DNA of 64,000 nt from Marsupella aquatica (Eukaryota > Plantae > Marchantiophyta). Of this stretch, positions 1-13,017 are shown in pieces; positions within the stretch are counted from its first letter, which is position 1; every line of letters begins with the position of its first letter. The position numbers and the translations under genes were made by a program. The stretch covers positions 24,823,233-24,887,232 of the forward strand of contig OZ316892.1 of assembly GCA_973895155.1 (NCBI GenBank), given 5' to 3'. Below the pieces are notes generated by a model, which searched no databases, was not told where the DNA came from, and saw only the letters and a program-made list of their open reading frames with translations.

Positions 1-230
1 CGATGAAAGTAAAAGATATCAAAGTGAGGAAATGATATTGAGGTGAGAAAACTATTTTGGGGAGAGAAAGGACGTCGAGAGTGAGGGAAATATGGACACA
101 TGGTGAGATACGGATGTCAAGGTGAACAAAATGTGGCAAGATGAGAAAAAGATAAGATCTCAAGGTGAGAAAAGATGTTGAGGTGAGAGAAATATATCAA
201 GGTGAGAACACATCTCGATGAGAAACAAAG
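1..230 (-). repeat. Degenerate ~20-bp tandem repeat, probably the internal part of a second copy of the non-autonomous Helitron at 6916-8021, cut by the window edge
   Basis: Repeated AGGTGAGA(A)AAAGATGT(C/T)AA-like units are the reverse complement of the TTTTATCACCT(T)GACATC units at 7620-7985. Confidence 0.45.
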
Positions 231-849
231 AGGAGGAGGCTACGCTTCCTTGCCTCCCATGCTTGTGCCTAGGGTAGCCTCGCTCAATGCCTTCATGTTG
301 TTGTATAAAAGAGGTCCTTCGGCAAAGGAGTTGCTTCAAAAAAATGGGGGTGAGTGCAAGACTTTTGCCCGATTGTTGGATCAGACCAATGAGTCCCCCA
401 ATGCTCTGTCCTTGCTAGCCTTGCCCTCCTGCCCCACTGCCAATTGAAAGAAACTAAATACAACACCCCCCACCATCTAAAATAACCACAAGATGGAAGG
501 GCCAAGGTGAACAGACAATCCCGCAGACAATAACCAACGCTAACACCCTATCTTTATAGGACAAAACCAATTTCAGGCCATTAAAATCAGGATTAAAATA
601 AACCTACCCCTAAGAAAACAAAAACGCCTCACCATCTAAAAAAGAAAATGAAGTTTGGGTTTCTTTTGGTGGGAGTTTGGCCACTTCTTCTTTTAAAAGA
701 ATGAGAACAGGAAAATAAAAACAAACGGACAAAAATAAGGGAAGCCTAGGAGCATGAAGGCACTGCCCTAGGCATAGGCAGCCTATGTGCATGATTGTAG
801 GGATTGTGGGCCAGGCTAGGCAGAGGCACGGGAGGCAAGGAAGGGTAGT

Positions 850-1300
850 CTGGGCATAGACTACCACACAGCACAATGATCTAGGCCACAAGCACTGTGG
901 GCAATAAACAAAGGTCACTTTTGGGTGATCCAAAGGTATGGAAAAAATGTACTTTAGATCCAACAACTGAGATTGATTCTTGCCCAAATCTGCTTTTGTA
1001 AGCGGATTGAGTATTATAGAATTAAGATAGATGAGAAGAAATTAGGGCTTTTCTATTGTCCATCAATGTTTTAAGATTCTGTCAAAGAATTTTGGCAAAC
1101 CTGGAGGTCCTTCCGGGCTTGAATTTTGCAAGGAAAAAGTCAATGATTATTCTAAGCTTGAACTTAGAGTTGTCTTGCATGTATGCAACCCTTCACTTTG
1201 CACCCAATGTTCTAGCACCAGATTAGTGATAATGGTGCCTGAAACACCTCATCTGCTAGACTCTACAGTTTCTTAAATGGCAAACCAAGACTATTGTTTG
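850..1300 (-). mobile_element. Possible highly decayed L1-type ORF1 relic
   Basis: Broken minus-strand frames give FFLAKF and SIPLDHPKVTFVYCPQCLWPRSLC, loosely like DUF4283 plus a CCHC knuckle; many stops. Confidence 0.2.
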
Positions 1301-2404
1301 CAAACATTCCTACCCTTGCAATCCCAAAATTTGAAAAATGAATATAAGGTGATCACATGGTCTTGTCCTCCATGCTTTATGTATGTGACTAACAAGCCCA
1401 ATGCCCATGAGTTTCACAGAACATGTTGAGGCAAGGCAAAAGATGTCTGGGTAAGGCAAAAATGTCACAGCATGCAAAAATATCTTTGGTCACTAGGATA
1501 TGTTATGGTCAAGGAGGGCAAATGTGAGGGTGTAGGGACCTGAGATAGCAACCATCTAGTTGCAGATTCCAAGCACAAGGGCCAGCTACATATAGAATAG
1601 CTCTCATTGACAGCTCGAGACAGTGTGCAGCATCTTGGGCAGAACGTAAAGACAGCAGCACCAGTGATTGGAAAGAAACTCAGAACACTGATTGAAGACA
1701 CCCTACTGACTGAGGTGTAGGCTCCAAGGCATGGGGAGAATTCAATAAACTTGCAAGATTTGGGGAACAAATTTATCACAAATTGTTTATCTCATGACTC
1801 ATTTGTAGGTTCAATTAATCCGTGGACCCCCATGTTCATCCAAGGAATGTGTATGTGATGAAGTGAAATCAATTTTCAACAAGGCGGTAACCGATGGTTT
1901 TGAGTCTCCCGGTGGTCTTGGTGTGTGCTCATATTACAAAGAGATCTCTATCTGGTTGAGATTATCTCTCTCGTTTATCAAACAAAAGGTTGAATGTGGA
2001 GGAATTGAGTTTTTTTACGATTTTCGCTTACACATTGGAGAAATTGTGTTTCTACCATTCCTCTTGATCATTTGTGAATTATGTTGAGCATTACGGCCAC
2101 AAGACACCAGAGGACAACACTCAACTGTTGGCGGAAGAGGTCTTGTCGTTTTGGTGGGAAGAACGCACGAAATAGACGAGCCATCACTTCACATGAAGGT
2201 TTTGTAGTTTTTTTATTTAAGAAAGCTATGGTGTGAGGGGAGACCAGCGATTGTTTCTTCAACATAGAGGTTGCATTTGGCATCAATCTATGTTCAGAGT
2301 GAGCTTCAGTTGAAGCGTGGAGGGATGTGAATAATTCAAGCTAAGGAGCAAGCATTGCGGACAAGTGATGGCGACGGGATTGTGATATCTCTTAATCAAG
2401 AAAG

Positions 2405-3260
2405 GGTTTCCAATGAGTCTCAGACTGACAAATTTTGTCAAGTTCCAAATGAGTTTTTGAATTTATATATTTGCCTTTCCAATGAGTGTTACAATAAAAA
2501 AATTTGATCTTGAGTTCATGAATTCTTTTAACTTTCCAAGATTGAGTCTGACATTGACAAATTTCATGTCATATTTTATCACGGTACTAAAGAGATTATG
2601 AAGTTTTCAATCTCTCTAGCTTTCTAATGTGTGCCATTGAGAGTATTTGTCAAGAATTAGAGAGATCATGAGTATCCAAATTTCTCTAGCTCTCCAATAA
2701 ACCTAACATTGATAGATTTTGTCAAGTACTAAGGAGATAATGAGTTTCAAATTTACTCTAATTGTCCAATGAGTGTGACATTTGTTAGGATTTACTCTTA
2801 GGTCTAGAGTTACGACTGTACCGTAGTTAAGGCTAACCTTAGTTGCAGACTTGGTTAGGTCAGTCATGTTGTGCACACTCTATAACCAAGCAATGTTTGC
2901 TTGGAGAGTGGGAACTCAGGCTCATTGTTACGGAGCTAGTTGAGAGATAGAGAGAGATTGCACTGTGGATGCTTGGTATGGTCGGTCGGCCTAGAGTGCA
3001 ATATAGCTCATGTGTGTTCCCGTGGACGTAGCCTCATGTGGAGGTGAACCATGTATCTCTCTGTGTTGCCTCTTTGTGCGTTGGATGGTTCATGGGCTTG
3101 CCGTTGCGATTATCGTCTATGCTCAACAACATTGAGAGATTTTATCAAGAGAGTACTAAAGAGGTCATGAGTTTCTAAATCTTGATCTTGAACTTTTCAA
3201 TGAATCAAACATTGATAGGTTTCATTAAGTACTTAAGGAGATTGATTATTTAGTTTTACA
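2405..3260. repeat. Degenerate ~60-bp tandem array interrupted by a solo LTR
   Basis: Recurring TCCAATGAGT..GACATTGA..ATTTTGTCAAG..GAGAT(C/T)ATGAGTTT units on both sides of the LTR at 2783-3128. Confidence 0.6.
2783..3128 (+). mobile_element. Solo LTR related to the copia family at 22135-28701
   Basis: TGTT...AACA termini, perfect 5-bp TSD ACATT (2778-2782 / 3129-3133), and homology to the reverse complement of the full-element LTR. Confidence 0.92.
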
Positions 3261-3459
3261 ATGTGTAGTCAAAAGGGTTCTAACTATATACATTTTTATT
3301 GATGGGTTTGTTCAAATTTGCAAATAATTAAAAATACAAGCATTTGGTTGTAAAACACTGATATATCATTGATGAATATATAGTGGTAATTTTATTTTAC
3401 TTAATTACATCTCTTCCTTTGTATTCTGATTTCTTTTACATTTAATACTTACGGGCATG

Positions 3460-3965
3460 ATGCCCCAAAAATGACATTATTTTTGTCAGAGAAATGAATA
3501 TGCACTTTTGTTATTGTCAAAAATATCTTGCCCCAAAAATGACATTGTTTTTGTGAGAGACATGAATATCCACTTTTGTTATTGTTAGAAATATCTTTTG
3601 GTTGATGTGGTGCAAGCTAGTGACCGTGAATTTTCAAGGGACCTCTCATGGGTCTCTAAAGATATACTCATCAAATGTGTTTTTAATACAATCAAATAAC
3701 TCCCAAGCGATAGGAGACGAAAGGATAGGAGACGAAACCTCTCATGGGGTCTCTAAAGATATCCTCATCAAAAAATCCATTCCAAGGAAAGATATCCTCA
3801 TCAAATGTGTTTTTAATACAATCAAATAACTCCCAAGCAATAGGAGACGAAAGGATAGGAGACGAAACCTCTCATGGGGTCTCTAAAGATATCCTCATCA
3901 AATGTGTTTCTAATACCATCAAATAACTCCCAAGCGATAGGAGACGAAAGGATAGGAGACGAAAG
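3460..3965. repeat. Local tandem duplications (~69 bp x2, then ~100 bp x3)
   Basis: GCCCCAAAAATGACATT... occurs twice; CCTCTCATGGG(G)TCTCTAAAGATAT...GATAGGAGACGAAA occurs three times. Confidence 0.85.
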
Positions 3966-4709
3966 GAGTAGAGAATTCTCTATATGAGCAGTACATTGAA
4001 TGTCTGTAAAAGTTCTGCAAATGAGATCTAGATGGAAAATTCTTGACGACAAGCAAGAAATGTCTAGACCTGACATACAGATATCTCCAACATTCAACCA
4101 AGCGAGGAACATTTTGAAGCGACCAAAGGCTCAAAAACTCTTCAAGGTGCTGGCACAACAAATTAACGCTCAAAAATGTGCAACGTGGGATGACTAAAGC
4201 GCACGAACGCTTCCAATAGTTTTATAAATCATAACTTCCGGCCCTCGAAGGCACAAAGTGGACCGTTACTCGAGGATCCCGGGCCGGCCTGGTAGGAGGA
4301 ATCGATTTGATAGTAGAATTTGGAACCATCCCTAGAACCTATCTAGAATTTGGACTATCTAGATTCTACTATCATGCAGAACTATTCAAAATCTTGCACC
4401 ATCATCTCAAAGTAGCACAATTCTAGTCCTCGCTCTATTTCAAACATATACTTTCCAACGTACTACAGCATACCAACAAGTCGATCTCGGGCAAAGATGA
4501 CCTGGACATAGAAGCTCGTCCAATCGTCGACTGGCTCGCCGGCCGGAGTAGTCGTGCAGATCTTCGATGCAGTTGTGAGTGCAGTTGGTGTCCTGCGGGT
4601 TGGCGAGCGAATCCCTCGAATTCACTATGTCACACTATCGGGAGTCCGAACGCTGAATTCAGTGTACTTTCGTCCATGACAATCGATTCGAGTGCAAAAG
4701 CGCTATAAT

Positions 4710-5297
4710 TTATGTACAATCAGAATGACTATTGAACGAAGAATTACGACTTAAGGTAGGAGACTCTTGTATACACTCAAGGGATGGTGTCCGAAGACTC
4801 CGACATCCCGAGCTTTTCCGATGCTCAATTGAAGGTTGATTGCAAGCAAGCAAAGGTCTGGTATGGTCGTAGTCATCATCATCCAAAGTATGAAAGGGTC
4901 GTGACGACCCGAATATCCTGTCAAACACCGTCTGGATCCACATCCTCCTTTTCGGACCGCTCCTGTTAGTCGCATGTTTAAGTTTAGCATCCAACTTCTT
5001 GTTGACATTTAGGGTGAAGAACGCCCAAGAATCCAGAAATGGTTTAGAGTTCCCTGCTGTTTGAATGGGCGTTATGAGATAGTTCTGGTTCCTTTTGAGA
5101 GCCTGTTCCGGTTTCAGCACAGATATCTTACGGCGCTGCCCCATTCCACGGTTGCTCGCCACACTGCAATGCAGCACAACATGCTGTGGATATCTTTTCA
5201 TCACAGTCGAGGCCCTGACTGGTTCCCTGAATTCTGCTGTCTCTCCGTTCAAACGCACCACAGTCACCGTCCGGCCTCTGCACGGGAAGTTGCCCAT
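4710..5297 (-). CDS. PADRE / DUF4228 family protein (195 aa, single exon)
   Basis: MGNxxC lipidation-type N-terminus, VVRLNGETAEFREPVRASTVM, LKPEQALKRNQNYLITP and C-terminal PSLECIQE match the DUF4228 pattern. Confidence 0.85.
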   Translation of the reverse strand: MGNFPCRGRTVTVVRLNGETAEFREPVRASTVMKRYPQHVVLHCSVASNRGMGQRRKISVLKPEQALKRNQNYLITPIQTAGNSKPFLDSWAFFTLNVNKKLDAKLKHATNRSGPKRRMWIQTVFDRIFGSSRPFHTLDDDDYDHTRPLLACNQPSIEHRKSSGCRSLRTPSLECIQESPTLSRNSSFNSHSDCT

Positions 5298-6915
5298 CGT
5301 CGGCCAACTGACTCTAAACTTCCTGAACCTCTATTTCTGTAATCGGTCTAGTCTTCCATCCATACCACTGAACCACTGCATCCAACTCAAGGCACTTGCC
5401 GCAACATCTCGAAACAGAAATGCACAGTTCGCCGACTCAATAGCTTGCAACGCTTGCGCTTGGCGCCATGCAGGCTAGACACAGGTCAGCCACGTCGCCA
5501 CATGCATCTGGCCCTGGTAGACTTTCATGCGTGATTCAACGAGGAGGCACACTTGACGCCTGAACACTGCTGTATATGGCCGGGATATCGCAATTCTCCA
5601 CCTACAGCTCAAAGAATTCCAAATGGACCAAACTTGTCAAGGTTGATTCGAGGCGTTCCATGGTTGACAGAAAGTGGAAGGACACACCGTCACTCGAATT
5701 AGGGAATTTCTGCCATCACTCTGCCGTCGGTAGGAGTAAGTTCTGGGACAGTATGACAGACCCTCCGGCTTCACGAAGGGTTTGCCTTCGTCCCCGTTCA
5801 TATAAATGATCGCCTCCAACAAGAATCTCAACTAAATTCAGTCACAGAAATCGTAGAGTATATCCATCGATCTCGTGCTCCTCTATATTTGTTTGTCGTA
5901 TGAAAGATTCCTTTCCTCGATCACAACACAAACGAACAGTTCATCTCGCGCGTTTGACCACCAAAATTCGCACCAGAAGAAGACAGGTCAAGAGTCGACC
6001 GAGACATTGGGGACAACGTAAATGTCGCCACTCTTGTCGTCGAGGGATGGACAGCATCAGACTCAAGCTGATTCGAGAGTCTGTCCAGACTCCAGACGGC
6101 ACTACTACTCGATGTCGTGCACTACTCGATGTCGTGCGGCGTTTCCTGTCGTGTCTGAGGTGAGCCAAGGCCGTCGACGAGGATCGGATGGATTCAATAC
6201 AAGGAATCGTCCAAAGCAGAATGAGTATCTGACTTTGGACGCAATCTCGAGAGGACGAAATTCAGATCGGGACAGTGCGGGAAAGTAATATCCACGTCAA
6301 AGACCAGAACCTCCGGAGTCCTCTGGTCCTCAGTCAATGTCTCTTTTTTTCCCTTGAAAAATCATTTTGAATTACATCAGACAGAAACCACACAACAAGG
6401 TGATCCTCAGTCCATGCCTCTTTCTCATTTCGCCCCTTTTAAAAAAAGAACCATAATCATACAAAAGGAAGAAACGAAGTATAATAAAGTGAAAGAAAAG
6501 AGGTACCAAAGAGATCAAACAAGAGGCAAATGCAACCTCAACCCCTAAAAAGTGGGAGGGAAATACAAACTTTAAAGTACCAACCCCTTTAGAGTGCCTC
6601 CTGGTCTCAATTTTAATTTTTTAAAGCTTTTTTTGCCCTTTTTCAGCAGCCACGGCGGCCATCGTCATCTTGTATCAAACGTCATCTTGTGTGAAGGAGA
6701 AAATGTTAGTCATATTCTGATAAAGTCTTAATAGAATAATACATAACCGTCTCCCTCTATACTTTCTAGGGTCAAATCCGCTAGATTTACAGATAACGCA
6801 TCCCTAGATATTTTAGGGTCAAATCTCGCTCTAAAGATAACACCAAACTGGTTTCTGAGTCTCTCTTGGCTACATCTGTTCACGTTTGATATTTTTTTGT
6901 GTTTGGCACTTGGAA

Positions 6916-8021
6916 TCTATCTACTCACTATAATACTCATATTTATTGTCTGCTTACAAATTACAAAATGCACTTTTGGAGGGAACTCATTATGACCCTT
7001 GGATTTAAAACCTAAGTATTCCTGTCCATGAGATCCCGTGAGAAGAATAATAGATGTCCTAGCTTAGGACACACATGCACACGTAGAACTATGGCACTAT
7101 ATCCATAAAATGATATTAATATCAAGATGATTGGAAATTGAATGTGAGTTGACATGTGACTATAATGGGTAGGTGGGTCTAACAAGAACTAGACCCCACA
7201 TTACTTTGGGACACATGCTTGCCCCATTCACCTAAAGTAAACTTATATAGAAAAAAACAATATAAATTAGAGTTTTTAGTGGAAAGGATGTTTTTATAGG
7301 AAGTGGGAAAAAGTGTATTAAGGGGAGATTAAACTAAATTTCTCACTTTTTCTATTGTCTCTATGAAGTAGTTCTTCCAACTTAGATTAACACTAAATCC
7401 TGAATTATTTTTTGCAATAACCATATTGACCAAGGACACAATGGCCACAACAATGAAATGGTCAGAATGATAATTGATTGCAACAATGAAATAGTTGCAA
7501 TAATAAAATGATTATATAACTTATTGCAACTGTGCAGAGCACTGGGAATGAGTTCATATATACATGCACCAATCCAACATTATAAAAAGCTTCCCTCCCT
7601 AGATTAAAGCTTTCATGCAATCAACTTGACATCTTTTATCACCTTGGCATCTTGGGGGCATCTTTTTATCACCTGGACAACTTTTATCACCTCTACGTCT
7701 TTTTATCACTTTTGGCCCTAGCTTCTTGTTGGCTTTTGCTTGGGGTTCCCTTGGCTTGTTTTTCTTGGGGTCCTTTTGGACCTCTCTTTTCCTTCCCTTC
7801 ATTGGTTGCTTTGCCATTGGGATCATGTCTCCCAGTTCGGTATTTTTTTCCATTGGGCATGGTGATATTGCTTTCATATATTTTCTCACCTCGACCTCTT
7901 TCTTTCTCCTTGACATCCATTTTTTCCTCCACATCTTTCCTCTCCTCACATCTTTTATCACCTCAACATCTTTTATCATCTTGACGTATTTCATGCAAGG
8001 CACAGGCATTGGGCCGGCTAG
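6916..8021 (+). mobile_element. Non-autonomous Helitron
   Basis: 5' A|TCTATCTACTCACTATAATA; 3' ATGCAAGGCACAGGCATT..CTAG|T resembling the Helitron subterminal hairpin plus CTAG; inserted between A and T with no TSD; internal degenerate tandem repeats. Confidence 0.6.
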
Positions 8022-8331
8022 TATATATATAAAGAATGTTTCGCTTTCTCAGAATGTGAAACAATGTCCGATGGACCAATTAAGGGGTCTGTTCAGAAAC
8101 CCAGATGGATTTTCCAAGCTTGGATTGACTGTGCTGAACAGGACTTGGGTAGCACATTTTAGGTTTGATTAAAATGTGACCTATAGATTGGGCTCTTGAT
8201 CATTTTCAATCATTCATCCTGCCATAAGTCATAGCTCATGCCAAATCTACTAAAGTAGTTTTTTTCCAGAAGTACTAATTTGTTGCTCATGCCTAAATTA
8301 CTCACTATGTCCTTTGCAACCAATTCACTTT

Positions 8332-8640
8332 GGTCACTTGGCCCAGGGGATGAGCATAGAACCGAGAGGTCCTAGGTTCAATCCCCCCCTCCATATGCAA
8401 GGGTTGTCAGTGGTGCAAGGTTGTGGAGGGTGAGGGTGAGTGTGTGTGTGTGTGTTTGGGTGGGGTGTAGTGGTGTTTTCTCCTCAGCCCCTGGCTGGCC
8501 CCCTTTGGGACTCAGGTCCAACCCTCTCTCCCTCCTGGTCCTGGGTATGACCCCCATTGTGGGCTACCCTACACAGGTGCATGCTCCGGAGTTGAGCCAT
8601 ATAGGATGGGTCAACAGTCGGCTTTCAAGGTAAAAAAAAA
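8332..8640 (+). mobile_element. tRNA-derived SINE
   Basis: Pol III A box TGGCCCAGGGG (8339-8349) begins at position 8 as in tRNAs; B box GGTTCAATCCC (8375-8385); GT-rich body; A9 tail (8632-8640); only an imperfect TSD. Confidence 0.7.
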
Positions 8641-9439
8641 TTGTACTTTGCAAAAGTGAAGTGTACTTCCTAAAAAGTGATAATTGCCACTCATACCCAA
8701 ACTACTCAGGACATCTTTACAAAACAGCCATTGGCACTTGGTTTATAATATTTTGCATGTTCAAATATGGGAAAAATGATCTCAGAAAACTCTCAACCAT
8801 TGTGATGTAATCGATTGGAAGCAAAAAAACACGATGGCAAAATTTGAGATTAAACAAAGATCCCAAGATTGTATACATATATATACAAGTCTGCCAAAAA
8901 CCAGCCCTTTAGAGTTGGTGGGGAGTCTTGAGAAATTCCTCGTTAAAAAGTGAAGCATCCTTCTAGAAGATATTGGTCTCTTAAAAGTGAGGCGTCCTTC
9001 TAGAAGATGATGGTCCCTTTTTTGTTTTGTTTGTGTAAACTGGATGCTAACTTCACAAAGTCCATAAAGATGGGCAGACCAAAACACCTGGGTCGATCCT
9101 TGCTGTGCATTTCAGAATGTGGTCTCATAAGTTCAGGTCCAATGAGAGCTCAGTCAACCAACCCTAGTTCGGATATAGACTTGATAGATCTGGAGGGTTG
9201 TGGAAGCAAAGGAGGCCCACGTGACCATAGTTTTTGTTTTTGCCTTTTTTTGGCTTTACAAAAATTGATTTTACTAGCCTGTCCCCAAACTAGTCCTCCA
9301 AAAGTAATCTACAGGTGTCCTCCATTTTCTATATGGGTTGGCCTGACACGACTAGAATAACCAAAGATGGCGCATGATTGGCTTGTGGAGACAAGCTCAT
9401 GATTTGCCTGAACCAGCCCCCTCTAACTGTACCTTCACT

Positions 9440-10050
9440 CTAGACCTGTGGACCAGGTTCCCCCATAGCATCCACACTCACTATAATACAGGTGTCAATT
9501 GTTGTCCCCACTGGGTTGTATATAAGTGCAACCTACTGTGTACTGGTTCCGTTCATTTTCCTCACTTTTATGGTCTGAGGGGGTTAGCTTGGACAAATTT
9601 TGAGCCTCTACATACATGTTGATAGAAGTACTATCATCTTGGGTTAGTCTAGTCTGGTTAAGTAAAGTCCTATACAAAATGGTGGACCTGACCCTCAAAG
9701 TGGTCCGGATAGTAAACAATGGTTGCAAGAAATAGGGGGCTGTGTGCTCTTATTTTTACAAAGAACATGGGAGGGCCATTTTCCCTCCTAAAAGATATAA
9801 TCTTGACCAAAACGTTTTTGAGATAAGCTGCCATAGCAAATCTCTTGAACCAAACCACTAGGTTTCCAGCTGTTTAGACTGCCTCTCAATGTGATCTAAA
9901 GTTTAAACCCATTGGCCTGTTTGCATCAACATTTGTTTGGGCCCACTGCTTGACATGTAAGATCACCGAAGTAAATTGGCCACCCAAATTCTTATAAAGC
10001 CAACTGCAACCATTTCTCTTCAATTCAACATACAGATCTACTCTCATTTT
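9440..10050 (-). mobile_element. Possible decayed L1-type ORF1 relic
   Basis: Fragments SINMYVEAQNLSKLTP and HLYYSECGCYGEP loosely resemble ARVCVEVDLSKxLP and a CCHC knuckle; frames are interrupted. Confidence 0.25.
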
Positions 10051-12349
10051 CCTGTTTGAGAAGTGTCCCCACGTATAATTTGTGAAGGCATTGTAAAAAG
10101 GCTATCCTCATCCCCAAATGTTTTCCTGGCTGTAGGCATACTTCAAATACAGACCTGGAATTTGGTCACAGATTTCAAGAGACATCCTTTGAGGTTTGTA
10201 AAGCCATCTTAACTCCCTTTGTGGTTTTTTCTTGTTGTAACTTGTAGGGAAAAGAATGCACAATCAAGATTGGGATCAACTCATTATGAAGATTTTTAGT
10301 AAGTGATCTGAGGCTTTAACTGTTTAAGGTCCTGTCTGCTACTAGAGCATTGTGGGCAATAATAGCCCCTTAGACCTAGACAAGGGCCTGTAAAGACAAG
10401 GCTTTAGTGGGGGGGGGGTCTCAAACCTCTATAAATTTGATGGACCTTAACTTTGTAGTCAAGGTACATACAGATAATTAAAGGTGTAGACCACCAAATT
10501 ATTATGCATAATTTTTCCAATAAGGATTGGTTATATGCCATACCAGAAGTCATTATAGAGGCTAGTGAAACAAATTACATCACCCTATGAATTAGTTCGA
10601 GTACCCCTTGGGTATGTAAGCTCATTTTATTGAACTATTTGGAGCCATGAAGAGTTGCACGTTGGAATAGATAGATTAGAGGAATAGATATATGAGAGGA
10701 CATGAGAGGCCATTATTTCAAAAATATGTAAATTAAATTTAAAAAATGAAACAGATTACCAGAAAACACTGATATCAATCACAACTTATCCAGAGATTAT
10801 TTTCTTTCACCCCTATTTTACCAATTTCTTTGTTTAGCTGAAATGATATTTTTTTAGTTTTTCATTGTTTTTATAGTTACATGGTCTAATTGTTTTCTTT
10901 GCCTTGCCTCAAACATAAATATTCAAATTTGTTATTTATTTACATAACCAACTGTTCTTGTTTGTGACATATCAGGATGATGTGGCTCCACATGCATCCA
11001 AGAATTTTAGAAGAAACTTCCCACATGGCCTGTAAAAAGCTATGGACATTTGTAAATAAGCAAAAGTCATCATCCCTGACTATGAAGTTTTGAGAATCCC
11101 TACTACATGCACCAGCTTGATAATACCTTCCCTGAACATAAAAAGAGATGCCAAAATTATTTCGTGGACCCATCATGCCAACTAGAGATTCTGCCGAAAG
11201 CCGCGCTGCACAAGGCAATGCGTTGCGAGGTGCTGCAGTACACGCAATCTCCTCTCGTCAGCGTTTGTGTGCTCGTTCCCACTCCACTCCTGCCCTGTTT
11301 CAAGCAAGTAATGACCGAGTTTGAGCTTCTTCTGGTGGGGCAGAGTGGCCGGCTGTCCCTTCCCCTAGCAAATTCTCGTCAGTGAATGGCAGTGTCCCAG
11401 CGTCAAACGAAGCTGAAATTTTTGAAGCAAACATGAATTTTGCAACCGTTGAGGCACTCAAGGAAAGAGCATATGTCAAGAGCACTTCAGAGTTTTTCCC
11501 AGTGGCTTAATCAACAATCACAGATGGTCAAACTTCCATTGTCTTAACGAGTGTCGTGGATACCAATTCCTCGATTGATACAAGCAATGAAGACGACTCT
11601 CCAGAAACGCCGTTGAATGTTCTTAGCAAGGTATGCAATCTGAAGAAACGAGAACTACTGAGAGGTTGTGAAGCTAAGTCATCAACTACACCTGCAGGAA
11701 TTGTTTTCAGGGAGCAATTCTGGTTCACATTTCCAAGCCCGTCATCTTTGCAAAGAGGCGCAGACTGAGAGCACCAGGAGTTCCTCTCTATCCATTCCCG
11801 AATCAAAAGTTAGGCATAGGATTCAATCCTACCAACGAGCTGAATTAATTCGTTCTTCCCAAATGTCTAGTAAGTTCTACAAAAACAATGCTTTCCAACA
11901 CAAACGCCACATTCAAGTTCAGAAGGAAACTTACGACACAGCAATAACTTGCTTGACGACAGCTCGGGGTGGTGGTGATGGGAGCCGTTCCGCAGTATCC
12001 CACTACACTCGTAGAACCTTTGTTCTCAATAAAAATCGGAGGTTTGAAAATTTTTGAGTCGATACAATAACATTCTGTTTATTGTCAGCGCCCTAGAATG
12101 TAATGGGCCGCAATATTTAATTAATTACTTATTATTATTGGTTGGGGAATTGAACCAGAAAGAGGGTGGGCAGTCGGTTATTCGGGGTTAAAAAAACGGT
12201 TACGAGTCTACTTCTAATTCAACATTCTGTTACCTAGGGTAAATAAAACGGTTATTTTTCAAACAGTTTTACATCAAGGTTTACGGCATGGCGTCCTCGA
12301 TTTTACCAAAATCATGCCACAGACAGAAATGTTGAAGCAATTTTATTTT

Positions 12350-12470
12350 GTAAACCAATCCGTACCTGTTTTCGGCGCGTCTCGATGACGTGGCGCGCTG
12401 TGGAGTCTTGAAACCAATCCGAACCTGTTTTCGGCGCGTCTCAATGACATGGCGTGCTGTGGAGTCTCGA
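12350..12470. repeat. 60-bp tandem duplication
   Basis: AAACCAATCCG(T/A)ACCTGTTTTCGGCGCGTCTC...GTGGAGTCT occurs twice. Confidence 0.85.
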
Positions 12471-12847
12471 ATTTTGGAAGGGACCCCTAGTGGGGTCAGT
12501 AACAAAGCCTTGCAAAGAAAGGATTCCATGCTATTTCCTGTTCTTCTTTAGTTACCCTCATTGGTTTAAACCCTCATTTTCAAATTTGCCCTGAGTGAGA
12601 CTCTAGGCACTAGGCCCATCTTTGCTAGGCACTAGGCCCATCTTTGCCCTCATTGGTCTACACCGTGAGAGACCCTAGGCGCTGGGCCCATCTTAGCCCC
12701 CATTCACCCATTAGTCTACACCCTCACTTACAATTATGCCCTGCATGAGACTCTAGGCACTAGACCCAGGGAATACTAGTTGATTGCGCTAGTAGTTGAT
12801 ATTATTAGTTACATAACAAGGCCATGCCCATCCATCTGAGGCCAGGA

Positions 12848-13017
12848 CTACAGTAATCGAAAGCTTGACGAAGGCTAGGCTAGAGCTTGAACGCCATGAC
12901 ATTGGTACAGTAATTGAAAGCTTGATAAAGGCTAGGCTAAAGCTTGAACACCATGACATTGGTACAAAATTTGAAAGCTTGACAAAGGCTAGACTAAAGC
13001 TTGAACACCATGACATT
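12848..13017. repeat. 57-bp tandem repeat x3
   Basis: GAAAGCTTGA.(A/G)AAGGCTAG.CTA.AGCTTGAAC.CCATGACATT units; 19-aa periodicity in the overlapping ORF. Confidence 0.85.

Noticed and set aside
7599-8172. Lys-rich or membrane-protein ORFs
   Set aside because: By-products of low-complexity repeats inside the Helitron-like element
8332-8400. Functional tRNA gene
   Set aside because: A and B boxes are present, but there is no proper acceptor or anticodon stem and it runs on into a body and A tail, so a SINE fits better
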